Assembly (NCBI GenBank): GCA_024704765.1
Contig: JAKMXF010000326.1
Coordinates: 248,001-312,000, forward strand
DNA from: Oopsacas minuta
Taxonomy: Eukaryota > Animalia > Porifera
Length of the DNA stretch: 64,000 bases
Direction of reading: 5' to 3'
Shown here: positions 40,487 through 52,339 of the stretch, piece after piece
Numbering within the stretch: the stretch's first letter is position 1
Layout of the letters: every line of letters begins with the position of its first letter
Position numbers and translations under genes: made by a program
The notes under the pieces: generated by a model
Seen by the model: only the letters and a program-made list of their open reading frames with translations
Databases searched by the model: none
What the model was told of the DNA's origin: nothing

Positions 40487-41533
40487 TTAGTTGCTGAAAT
40501 TATGAATAGAAAATTGATCCCTGTAATGCTTTGATGCCAGATGCCCAACAGTTTCTTCAAAGTCAAGAACATCATCCGGATAGGAATCATCGGAGACTTC
40601 ATCTTCTAAGAGTGGTTGTTTCCACTGTATTGCTATGTTATGCAATACTGCACAAGCAACTATGATGGAACAAACTTTATCTGGACTCATCCTGAGCTCT
40701 CCATGAAGACAGTGGAATCTTCGTTTCCATCGCCCAAACGTCTGTTCAACAATAACCCTTGTCCTCTTATGTGCATAGTTGTAGTTAAATTGGGGAGTAG
40801 ATATTGGTTGGCGATAAGGAGTGAGTAAATATGGCCTCATCATGTAGCCGCTATCTCCTAATATATGCTCCCCTATTGAAAAGGTATTTTCAACATGCAT
40901 CCCAACACCTGAATTCTTCCAAATCCGTGAATCGTGAACAGACCCAGGAAAACGTGCCAATACATCACTAAACATTCCATCTGGTTGGCAAATAGCTTGG
41001 ACATTAATTGAGTGGTAAAAATGCCGATTTATATAATCTGCTTCATTTTCCGAGGGTCTTTGGATTCGTATGTGTGTTCCGTCAACTAATCCTACTACGC
41101 CTGGAAAGTGAGCAATCTCACAAAACTTGTTTTTGACTTCTACCCTCTTGAGACCAGCAGGCAAACTAACAAACTGATGGTATATAGCTTGCAAACCCAG
41201 AGAAACATCTCGGATATAACGAGAGGCAGAAGCTTGGCTTACGTTTATCCCATCTCCACAAATTATCTGGAACGTTCCAGAAGCGAAAAATTGAAGTGCC
41301 ACACAAACTTGTAAGTGAGGGGAAGCAGCACAAGAACGCTCGGTGAAATTCAAATAGTTAGCTATCAACTCTGTAATTTTAGATATTGAAGCTCTAGAGA
41401 AACGGAAACGTCGAACAAGTTCCATATCATCATAACAATCTAGGGGATCATTGAGATCCCTGAAAACTCGTTGACGTGCCATTGAGGAAGAGGTTTCTTC
41501 TTCTGGGAGAAATAATGGAATCATCTGTGCCAT
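40487..41533 (-). CDS. Harbinger DDE transposase (HARBI1-like), intact 348 aa
   Basis: RFRFSR, QVCVALQFFASG, FPGVVGLVDGTHI, HSINVQAIC, FPGSVHDSRIW, LGDSGY, RVIVEQTFGRWKRRF, IVACAVLHNIA; no stops. Confidence 0.95.
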   Translation of the reverse strand: MAQMIPLFLPEEETSSSMARQRVFRDLNDPLDCYDDMELVRRFRFSRASISKITELIANYLNFTERSCAASPHLQVCVALQFFASGTFQIICGDGINVSQASASRYIRDVSLGLQAIYHQFVSLPAGLKRVEVKNKFCEIAHFPGVVGLVDGTHIRIQRPSENEADYINRHFYHSINVQAICQPDGMFSDVLARFPGSVHDSRIWKNSGVGMHVENTFSIGEHILGDSGYMMRPYLLTPYRQPISTPQFNYNYAHKRTRVIVEQTFGRWKRRFHCLHGELRMSPDKVCSIIVACAVLHNIAIQWKQPLLEDEVSDDSYPDDVLDFEETVGHLASKHYRDQFSIHNFSN

Positions 41534-42999
41534 TTGTTTATATTAAAATACTGGAATATTTATATATTATATTTTATCATAATTGTATCTAGCAAAACAG
41601 TCATTAGTGTAACTTGGAATGTATAATTCAGAATGACAGTATTTAACATTACATACAAAGTAATGCATTCCTTAGTAACAGATATGTTATATCATAAGCG
41701 TTCGAGGAATTCCTTGTAACATTATTTGTGAAGTATTTCATGAACGTAAACCACAATATTATCGTGAGATCATGCATAAACCATGAAAAGTTTTGAAAAT
41801 ATATTCCTGAATGATTGAAAGTAATTCTGTAAAGCAATCCATCAGAAACTCACAAATTCAGGAATATAAGTGATACCTAAGTATGTACTTAGTTAAGTAC
41901 ATACTTAGTACTTAAGTACTAAGTATGCTTAGTGAATACGGCGCAGGTATAGTTTATTATTCTTAGTCAGCCTTTAGAGTTGTTACTTCCCTTTTGTGTC
42001 ACCCTGTATGTCGGTCCAGGGGTAATATGGAAATCATGATCAGCCAAATATAAATGATAGAAGTTTCAAATAAAAATCAAATGTACCCCTGAATGCGCTA
42101 AATGTTCTGACGTCAGGATTTACGAATGCAATCATATCATGGAATTATTGCATCATAATGAAAGTTTTCGAGAATTTTTAGAATTTCTGAATACAAGTGG
42201 AAAGAAATGTGAAGATTACTAACCAAAAGCCAGGTAGGAACTGCAAAGTCACCACCTAATACCATCAAATAAAATTGAGATGAAGCATGTATGCTAAAAT
42301 CTTAAATTTTCAGGTATGTACCATATGTGAGGCGTGAAGTGCTGAGCATAACCCGTCGGATAGCGCGACAAGCAGTAAGATTAAGCTTGTGTAATAGTTA
42401 TGCTCAACTTGTGGCTGTAAGCTGTCGCGTAGCCACAAAGCAAGCGAAGCGCAGTAGTAACAAAATATTGTTAAATTCAAATCTATGTTCATAAATTGTG
42501 ATTTTGGTTTGTTTCTCTCTCTGTTGTTTCACGTGTGTCTGATTGCTCGTTGTCAAGGAAATGATTCATGGAATGCAATATTGAATTAGAAATTCTCAAT
42601 TCTGAGAGGTAGCGCACCATGAATATACGTTATTAGAAAGTATTCAGAATTCAATAAAATTGAATAGACATATGGAACTGGCAAAATTTGATTTTCCCAC
42701 TTTTGAAATATTCATATCTAAATATCTCATTGATTTTATGTATATAAAGTGAAAATATAGTTGAAATATCAAAATATACTTAGATCCTTCTACTAAAAGT
42801 TACAATGGTAGAAAAAGTCACTAAATCCGTATATCGTAAATTAAGGTTTCTCATAACTAAATTTAATGCCATTTATATTAATATGAAGTAACAAGAAAAT
42901 CAAAAAATCCCAACATATAAGTAGGGACCGGCTCTAAATGACTAGAATGTGGTGATAAAGTACAATGGAGTGATGAATCAGAATTTCCCATTATTAAGA

Positions 43000-43300
43000 G
43001 AGGAGACACTGGGCATCTCTAGAACTACCATAAATTGAATTCGAATAGATTAATTGTAATGAGTCGTGTTGTTTGGAGGTGGGCGCCGAAAAACTTGAAC
43101 AATGAAAATATGCGTAAATAGGCAGAAGTTTGTAGTTAATTACTGAAATAGTGGAGGGAAGAAAAGAATTTCCTGATCGTATAGTCACAGGGAAGGAATC
43201 CCAACAATATGAACCAGAGACAAAATTACAAATAATCAGTGGAAATAAAGCGATGACCAAACCACGACACAGCCTAAAGATGCAAAGCACAGTGTGGCAA
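43000..43300 (+). mobile_element. mariner transposase fragment
   Basis: RVVWRWAPKNL (WVPHEL-like), NFLDRIVTG, YEPETKLQ; stops present. Confidence 0.7.
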
Positions 43301-46300
43301 AATGGCGATTATGGGGTAATAGGTACCTAAGCTGAAGATATAAGTTAAAATCTTGTCCTATATAGTAAATCGACTGTGTAGATCTCAAAAATGGCACCAT
43401 ATTTTTAGTTGACTTCTGGAAATGGAAGTATGACCTAAACTGTGGTATTTTGATATAATAAAGAATTATGGTTCAAGATTAAATGAGTTCTAAATTTGTG
43501 AGTGTTTTATGCCAGCCAGCCTTATTTGTTGATAAACTTGAATAACAATGCGCATACTGAATTCATTGATGCATTGGATACTCCATAAAGGATACTAATG
43601 GATTAGAAATACAGTAATTATAAAATGTTATAACGAAAATTATAATTAAAAAAATACATTTCATTCGAATGGGTGTGCCCAATACACTGAATGTCAAGAA
43701 AAGTATAAGTGGGTGCCTTTGGGCGGATCTAGAGATTATTGAAAATGATATTTATAAAGATATACTATGCGAAATTATCAATTGTTCTACTCACAATAGT
43801 TTGCATTGTAAGATCGGGGACCTAAAATGTAGGTCAAGGAGCTGAAATACTGATAAAAATCGACTAGTAAAAATGCTTGAGAATGAAAGAATCAAGATTA
43901 AATTTGTTTTGCAAAGCGAGTTAAAATTAATCACACAATGCATACAAATACTGACAAATGTTATTGAATTACTAAAAATCCTGGAATGCTGAAATATCGC
44001 AAGGGTATTTTAAGTATAAATATTTGTGGTTTTCAGGTTATCAAATTTCAAGTAGCCTAAGTTTGAGACTTTAGGTTAGAAATGTTATAAGTTCATTAAG
44101 TAACTAATAATAACATATTACTAGGTTTGTGATAGTGTAAAATCGAATGCACACATTCATTTTGGTAAATAGCGAAGTCAAATTTCCACCTATTACAGCA
44201 TAGTTCCACACTGTGCAAAGTCCGCAGAAAGGAGAATGGCAAGTTTATTCTGAAATAGAGGAAGTACACAACTAAGAGATTGCCTCCCTGAGAACATATC
44301 AATCAATCTTGATTACAGATTAGTGAATTGTTGGGATTTGCGAAATACATAGAAACAATACTATAGGATAAAAGGGGACATTTTATCGAAGGTTGTGCAA
44401 ACGATAAAAAGAGTGACAACATGTGTGAAATAGTAATATGTACTTTTTCCGCAGTAGAATTAGATACACTATGTTATTTTGAACAATTTAACAAACGAGT
44501 TCAAGTCATTTAAACATTTTTGACTTGTTCTGATCAGCGAGGGTCAAATGTATTAAAACGGAATTGGAATAACCGCTGGAGCTATCAAGTATAAGAGGCG
44601 TGAGAAACTAAGATGAAAAGCTATCATACAACAATATTGTGGCGCATTCAGGATGATCGTGAGGGGAATGCTTTGGAGCGAGCTAAGTGAGCGACGGTAG
44701 GGGGGCTAGCCCCCCAGTTTTTGAATCATAGACGCTCAAACATCGATGTACAGCTATTTTTGCCACAGAGTAGGAGGAGGTGAAATATTGTGCAGTAGTA
44801 CCAAAGTTAAAATGTTTAAGTTTGGATAACGTGATAATTTGGTTACCTAATTTTATTTATACTATTAGTGAATACAAATTTAGTCTGCGAATATATTAGT
44901 CATCTGGGAAACTCGTTGAAAAAATAATTGTGAAATTTGGATAGGATTCTGTAAATACTATTCCGAAAGCTCTGCGCTTATTAAGGAAATCGAATTATAA
45001 ATAACGACATATCCCTTTTGGAAACAAGTTATGAGGGGGCGTTTGAACACCCAAATCGCTACCCTTATAATGCTAGGTTCCATGTCAGTGTTCGAAAAAA
45101 CGGAGGGGATTAAGCGTATAGAATAAGAATATCCTCTTACCCAGCCTACAGTCCAGTTCTGGCTACAAGAGAGTACTGGCTATTCTATGACAAGAAAATA
45201 ACGCTTCTTGAAAATGATTGAAGGAGTATTGTACAGTGGGCTCGGCATTAGAACTGTGGGAAATAGGTCAACCAGTCGAAAATTTTGGCAGAGGCTTCGC
45301 AATATTTCAGAAAGGTTGGAGCGTTTCAAAAAAAAAGGGAGGAATTCATTGAAATGTTGATAGTTAGATTGATTGAGAAAGGTTACTTATCTAGTTTTAT
45401 GGTAATCAAATTGGAAAAGGTGATAATACTTTCCGAATTTTAGCAGATAATTTATAGAGTTTAATCACTATCTGAAAAGCGCATAAATTCCAATCAAAAC
45501 ACAATATGTGATATGCAGTAGAATTTCGCTATAAAAATCTTCGAAATTGATACCTCTAATCCGATTAAGTATTAACCGATCCAATCTGAATTAATACCCA
45601 TTGTAGGAACATGATTTTGTGAAAATATTTGTCCGTATTATCCGGAATACATATTAACAGCTTTCGTGCAAATGAGATTATAGTGTATATCCCACCAAAT
45701 CGGCTATAGTGGAATATATTAATTACAACAGATAGCTTAGGAGTACGAATATTGATACTTGTACAATATGGGCTTTCAAAGACATTAATGTCAATTTCAC
45801 ATCCATGATTAAGTCAATCTAGCGAAAATTTGGGCTAACTCTGAAGTAAATAATACAACAACTATTCTTTCACAAATCACCCCTTGCATATATGTGCACT
45901 AATATAAAAAAAAGTCCATGAAATAAATGAAGAAAACGCATGTTTTTTCCAGCTTCAAGTGCCACTTTGATGAACAAAATTATTCATATATAGCACAATT
46001 AATCTAAATTCCGATACATATAACAAAATTTTGATTATAGTATTTCAGAATTGATAGGGATAGAAAATATAAATGTATTTTGGACGCCTTCCTGCGCGCA
46101 TTGAGAGCATCTAACAATTAACCCAATATCGTTAGCGTTCCAAATATTTGTAAATGCTAACTTGCAAAGACTAGTAACATAAACTTACAGGACCTTAGTT
46201 GGAAGGCAAACAGACTTGTATGAAATAATGATTTCCACCTAAATAAGAACCAGTATTTTAGAAAAGTCTAATATTTAAAACAAACTGTGATAATTATAAT

Positions 46301-46911
46301 AGATCCTCAAAAATTAGAATAAATAATGAAAAATTTTTAGAGCAATCAGTAATACATAATAAAAGATAAGGATCAAAATTTCAATTGATTCATGAAACCA
46401 CAATAATAAACTTTCGAAAACATGGAACTAACAGTTAAGTAGTTAAGACGTAACCCATAAATGTATTACCAGCACAAATGAATATGATAACCGCGTATAC
46501 ACTGAGATTTTCAAATATTGGGAGTCTACGTAATTAGCTAGTTTTGGATGATTTTGAAATCCCAAGGCTGATTTTGCACAAAAATAAGTAAATGGATCAT
46601 TGAAAATTACGTGGTATAGTCTTTTCGATAAACAAGGGGAAATTTTGATGGAATGCTGCAACATTCCTCTGTTGCTCTGCAAATGTATATGAAGACATTC
46701 TAGCAGTATATATATCCTGAAAAATTTTGATGATAGACATTTACTAGAGACAATAGTTTATTCGGAATAGAGACTTCATTCATGAAAAATTCAGTTTGTG
46801 TGCCAACTCGAACGTTCAAAACTTATTTTATCTTATATAGTGATTGACCATATATGGTAAGTTATAAAATAACCCAATGCCTATAATCAATATTTTTCAG
46901 ATAAAGCTATA

Positions 46912-48217
46912 CAGGGTGCCTCAAAAGATCTGGAACAAATTATTACACCAATTTTTTATATCAAACCACAATTCAACTGCTGTTAAATTCATATTATGAA
47001 CAAGGTTATATAATATATTCAATATACTGTGATTGTTCAATTCTAGTCTTGTTATGTCTAGTATATCTCAACTCCAACAGAAGAGGTCTGCTATCATTCA
47101 TTTATTTCTAAATGGTAAGAAGCAGAATCAAATTCTAAAAGCCCTTGGTTCACCGAGATTTTCACCATCGTTGATATCCCGCACGATAAAACGATATATT
47201 GAGACAGGCGAGATCGTAGATAAGCAAGGATCATATCGGCCAAGAACAATTAGGACTCCTGCTAACAAGAAAAAGGTTCGTCAAATTTTTAACTAGTCGG
47301 CCCCACGATGTCCCACCGAAAAGTCGCCGCAAAGGTCGGAATAGATAAGGAATCTGCTTGACGAATGATCAAGAAAGACTTGGGTATGAAATGTTTCAAA
47401 CGAAGTAGAGTAGAATCTCCTAATGGCCAGGTAATTAAAAAGAGAATCCAAAGATGTCGTAGACTGCTGGATCGACTCAAAAATGTCAACAGTGATTCAA
47501 TTGTATGTTCGAATGAGAAGATCTTCTGTATTGAGGAGAGGGGGAACTCTCAAAATTCTTGGGTTTATTCCTTAACACGTAATGACATCCCAGAAAACTT
47601 AAGAAGTGTCCAGAAATCAAACACCCCAAAAGTATTATGGTTTAGGCGGGAATTTCAGTTTTTGGGAAAACTCCGTTGGTATTCATACCCGAAGGTACAA
47701 AAATTAATGCTCAGGTATACAAAGATCTTATACTGGAGAAACATGTCTTAGCAATTGGTTTGACTTTCATGAAAACAAGGCATGGTGCACCGGATCATAC
47801 CGTTAAAATACCTCAACATTGGTTGTCAAGTAAGATCCCAGGGTTTTTAAACCGTAACGAATTGCCCCTTTCAAGTCTTGACCTAAACCCTTGTGGTTAT
47901 TATTTGTGGGGAAGACTAGAGACACTAGTAATAATAGGTCCCACAACAGTATTCCAGCACTAAAACGAGGGTTAAAGAAGCTCTGGTGTAAATTAGATCA
48001 GGATGAGGTGGCTCGGCCTGCAAAATATTTCCGTCCAGACTTAAAGATTGTCTAAAGGCCGAAGGGAATAGATTTGAAAACAAGTAGAGCCAAAATATTT
48101 TCGTATATGATAGTGAGACATAATAGAATTTTGTTAACAAAATATTAGTCTGGTTATATGCTCTACATGCACAAGAATTACATTTAAATTTTGTTGCAGA
48201 ACTTTTGAGGGACCCTG
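46912..48217 (+). mobile_element. Decayed DD37D (maT) element, same subfamily as the 38023 copy
   Basis: TA TSDs; TIR cagggtgcctcaaaagatctggaacaaa / tttgttgcagaacttttgagggaccctg; broken ORF QQKRSAIIHLFLNGK..RPRTIRTPANKKK..LDLNPCGYYLWG. Confidence 0.9.
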
Positions 48218-48382
48218 TAATGTCTTCATATAAATTTGCATATAGAGGACTGTGTCAGCATTGCATCAAAGTTTCCTCTATTTTTCAAACAACTACATGT
48301 TATCTGATGGCATCTAATAATCGAGGATCTAAATTACTCATTATATGGCAAAATGGTCCCGAAATATATTCAAAATCATATA

Positions 48383-49296
48383 CAGTCAGGGGACAAAAGT
48401 ATTCGAACACACAAATATATTGTCATAAATTGTATACTCTTTCCCGCTCCTATATATTGTGTAGTATATATTCGTAGCTGCTATCTAGTAATTTGCATAG
48501 AATAACATATGTTTTTCACGAATTTCAAAAAAATTTCCGATTTACAGTCTTTGAAGGTGTTAATTATTAATAATTATCAGATAATTATTGATATTCAAAA
48601 TATGTGATAATTCAAAGCTTATTAAGAATCTATAATTTCTGACTTGATATTTGAATTCTACATAGGCGAGTTACCCCAGATTGAAATCTCCAATCGGATT
48701 GACAATTTTTACTAAAGTTATAGAAGAATTTGAATTTGCCCCACTTGTGCCACTTTTTGAAAAAAGTGGCACAGGTGGCAGGAAAAAGCGCCACTATTAA
48801 GAAATCAACTAGGGTTAGGAGGAATAAGTCGAAGTAATATTTTCGAATGATATGACTATGCTAACCCTTGAATTCCAAAATAACCTCTTGGTAGCGGCCA
48901 CTTGTGCCACCTTGGGCAAAAGGTGGCACAAATGGCACAAATTGAAATTCATCTATAACTCTGGTAAAAATTGTTCAATCCGATTGGAAATTTCAATCTG
49001 GGGTAACTCGCCTATGTAGAATTCAAATATCAAGCCAGAAATTATAGATTCTTAATAGGCTTTAAATTACCACATATTTTGATTATCAATAATTATCTAA
49101 TAATTATTAATAATTAACACCTTCAAAAAGTGTAAATCGAAAATATTTTTTTGAAATTCGTGAATAACATATGTTATTCTATGCAAATTACTAGATAGCA
49201 GCTACGAATATATACTACACAATATATAGGAGCGGGAAAGAGTATACAATTTATGACAATATATTTGTATGTTCGAATACTTTTGTCCCCTGACTG
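48383..49296. mobile_element. Tc1-type MITE with ~415-bp inverted arms
   Basis: TA|cagtcaggggacaaaagtattcgaac ... gttcgaatacttttgtcccctgactg; arms fold around a short spacer near 48800-48890; non-coding. Confidence 0.9.
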
Positions 49297-50423
49297 CATA
49301 TCCTCTATAATTTTAAGATTGGTTACTATACTAGAGCAAAATAGGAATCAACAGTGAAAAAATTAATTCTTCATAAGGCAGAGCGTCGATTGGAAGTGAA
49401 CCTTGAAAAGGGGTCATTAATGTACTGACTACCTCTAACAATCAGACTCAGGCTTCCAATATGATAGATGAAGATGCAATACAGGGTGGCATTTAAGTCC
49501 TGACCCATTATATATTTTATTGTTTACATTGCTAGGCTAGTTTTAGATAGATTTACTAATCGATATTTCAAAACATATATTGGAACTAATTATATTTGAT
49601 TGAATTATTCAATGTAGCCACCTTTCTTTGTAATTACTGCTCGTAGACGCCCTGGCACTGCCTCTACTGCGGCGCGCAGTGTTTCTTCTGGAATTCTAGC
49701 CCATTTACGAAGTAGATCCTTCTTTAAAAGACGCAATATTAGCATGAGCTTTGTGCATGCATTTTCTCCAATATCGCCCATATAGAGAAATCCATGGGAT
49801 TTAGATCCGGACTAGACGGTGGCCATTCTTCTTTACTGATAAAATCGGGAATATTTTCTGAAAAGCCAGGTCTGAGTGATACGAGCTGCATGGGCTGGAG
49901 CCCCATCTTGTTGAAACAAGAATCGATTCTTGTTAAACATGTTAGCACCCAGGTCTTTCACTACAGGTTCTAAAATACGATCCTTGTATTTGGTAGAGTT
50001 GATTTTACACCCTGGGGGACAAATATCAGTGGTGTCCGTCCAAAACCGGAGCACAATCTTATGAACTGATGTAGGCGATATTTTGAGTTTAGATGACATT
50101 TTTCTCATTGATCGGCGTGGATTTCGCCGAATTCTGTGTCTGATTATTATCTTTATCCTGGTTGTGGTTATAGCAATTGGACGTCCACTTCTACTTTTGT
50201 CTTTGACACTACCAGTCTCAAGATAACGCTGGATAATACTATAGACAAATTTCCTCCGCTCTTTCGGAATATTCAATGATCTCATAATGTCACATTGGCG
50301 CTTCCCATTAACAAATGATTCAATTATAGCAGACCGTTTTCTTTCCATCTGTGCAGTGAAGGGATCGTGTAGAAATATCACTCAATTCTAAGTAATAATT
50401 ATGCTAGATTACATACATACATA

Positions 50424-51735
50424 CAGGGTTGGGCATAAGTTCTGCCACATTTTTAAATAACTATATTTTCCGATTGATATATTGTATTATGTTGAAATTC
50501 GGTATGTACTACTAAATATAGTATATAGATTCGCAGATACGTTAATTATTCGATGTATCCTCCTTTTCTTTCAATTACAGCCTTTAGTCTCTTAGGGAAG
50601 GCCTCTACAGCGGCACGGAGTATTTCTTGGGGTATTCTCTCCCATTCTCGACACAAAGACTTTTTCAGAGAGTCTATATTGGTGTGAGACTTCAAACATG
50701 CCCTCGTTTCCAAAATGGACCAGATAGAATAATCCATTGGATTTAAATCGGGGCTGTATGGTGGCCATTCTTCCTTTTGAATAAAATCTGGATTATTGCT
50801 TCGAAGCCAGGCCTGAGTGGCATTCGATGTGTGGGCTGGAGCACCATCTTGTTGGAACACGAAAGGTTTCCCAGAAAACATAGTTTTAGAGAGATCTTGT
50901 ATTACAGGTTCTAAAATAAGCTCACGGTAGGTTCGGGTGTCGATTTTTACGCCAGCAGGCACGAATATGAGTGGTGTCCGGCCAATTGATGATATTCCCG
51001 CCCAAACCATGACTGAAAGTGGCTTTTGTATACGGCTGACATATCGAAGTTCTTCTGGGATAGAAGAAATTGAAGATGAGATAATGCGATCATTTTGAGG
51101 GTTCGTTGCTTCCTCAATGGTGAATAATTTCTCATCTGAGAACAGGAATGAATTGAGACCATGGATCGCGTGCCTCTTAAGAAGTCCCTTGCTTCTCGAT
51201 GCTCTTTTTGCCTTCACTAGGGTCGTGATGTGATGGACTCTCTTTCTCTTGAAAGAGCGCATATGCAAGTCATTTTTAACAACTCGTCCGATTGATCTAC
51301 GTGAAACTCTTAGTTCTTTGGCCATTTTGCTCATTGACCGGCGGGGATTTCGGCGAATTCGTTGACGTACTACTTTTTTAAGCCTTTGTGTCGTTACAGA
51401 CCGTGGACGGCCAGATCTTGGTTTATCAGTAATCCCGCCAGTCACTTCATATCGCTCAATAGTTCGAGTAATGAACTTCCTTCTGCTATTAGGGAATTTC
51501 AGAAGATTGAAGATTTCTGAAGGATTTTTTCCTGCTTGAAATAATTCAATGATTTTCGACCTCTCTTGCTCCATGACCAATTATCGCTTCAAAAGGCTAA
51601 GATAATATAAAATTTCAGGGAAAGAGTGAAAATATATATTATAACAAAGTTTGAGCTAAATGACAGATACAAATAACTAATGGAATAATTTTTGGCTGGA
51701 TTATAATATTGTGGCAGAACTTATGCCCAACCCTG
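50424..51735 (-). mobile_element. Intact 1312-bp DD37D (maT) element
   Basis: Perfect 26-bp TIR cagggttgggcataagttctgccaca, TA duplication on both sides, uninterrupted transposase. Confidence 0.96.
50546..51580 (-). CDS. DD37D Tc1/mariner transposase, intact 344 aa
   Basis: Paired HTH with RSGRPR, FSDEK, VMVWAGIS, FQQDGAPAH, WPPYSPDLNPMD; 37 residues between the second and third D. Confidence 0.96.
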   Translation of the reverse strand: MVMEQERSKIIELFQAGKNPSEIFNLLKFPNSRRKFITRTIERYEVTGGITDKPRSGRPRSVTTQRLKKVVRQRIRRNPRRSMSKMAKELRVSRRSIGRVVKNDLHMRSFKRKRVHHITTLVKAKRASRSKGLLKRHAIHGLNSFLFSDEKLFTIEEATNPQNDRIISSSISSIPEELRYVSRIQKPLSVMVWAGISSIGRTPLIFVPAGVKIDTRTYRELILEPVIQDLSKTMFSGKPFVFQQDGAPAHTSNATQAWLRSNNPDFIQKEEWPPYSPDLNPMDYSIWSILETRACLKSHTNIDSLKKSLCREWERIPQEILRAAVEAFPKRLKAVIERKGGYIE

Positions 51736-52001
51736 TATACAACATATATAAATATCATAACCTAAGAAAACTTATTATGCTTGTTGTAAAACTGCAAATA
51801 TAGGGGTCAGGACTTAAAAGCCACCCTGTATAGTGTACGTTTTGGCCAATTGCTTAAAGCTATCATGGAGAAATGTTGATCACATTTTGAGGAAGCATAT
51901 TGATATGAGAAAAGAGTAACCAATTTGGGCGAATTAATCTCGGGAAAAATACGGAAAATGCAAGAAATACATAACTTTCTTAGTATGAATGTAGAACTTA
52001 C

Positions 52002-52155
52002 CAACAAAGTGTCGTAGAGAAGGGGATTAACATTTGGTATTAAGAAAGAATCTTCACGTGAAACATTTTTGATATTACCAGTACCAAGTTCACTGCTGAT
52101 TGATTTGACAATTTCTTCAAGAGAATTATTACTCATATCCACTGCAAGTAAATAC
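52002..52155 (-). CDS. AK7: Adenylate kinase 7, exon 2
   Basis: Acceptor ctatag|G completes the Arg codon from exon 1; YLLAVDMSNNSLEEIVKSISSELGTGNIKNVSREDSFL..LYDTLL matches AK7 (YLVAVDES..LEDIVKCIS..GPGKI); donor |gtaagt, phase 0. Confidence 0.92.
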
Positions 52156-52339
52156 CTATAGTAAATATCATACGTAATATCCAAAATCAACGCACCACAA
52201 TATTATCACAGAAAGAATACAGGTAAATATAATTAGCAAGGAATTTTTAGATACAATGACTTCAACTTCGTGTCACTGTGAAATTAGAGTAGGCTGAAGA
52301 TAATGCAATATACCCCGTATTCCGCAAATGTTAGGCGCT

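Larger units (their letters stand above)
39244..41943 (-). mobile_element. Apparently complete PIF/Harbinger transposon
   Basis: TIR gggccgtattcactaagcatactta / taagtatgcttagtgaatacggcg, flanked by CAG on both sides; encodes a transposase and a Myb/SANT-like protein. Confidence 0.93.
38023..42006 (+). mobile_element. Decayed DD37D (maT) Tc1/mariner element interrupted by a Harbinger element
   Basis: TA|cagggtgacaca ... tgtgtcaccctg|TA; broken ORF ~38167-39210 with RSGRPRTVRT, VFSDEK, VWAGIS, QDGAPAH..WPPASPDLNPCD. Confidence 0.88.
49482..51828 (-). mobile_element. Internally deleted DD37D (maT) element hosting a younger maT
   Basis: TA TSDs; TIR cagggtggcatttaagtcctgaccc / gggtcaggacttaaaagccaccctg; ORF remnants MERKRSAII..RSGRP..FQQDGAPAH..WPPSSPDLNPMD. 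Confidence 0.9.

Noticed and set aside
51807-52190. 127-aa ORF as a stand-alone gene
   Set aside because: Only 52155-52002 is AK7-like and bounded by splice sites; the rest is intron.
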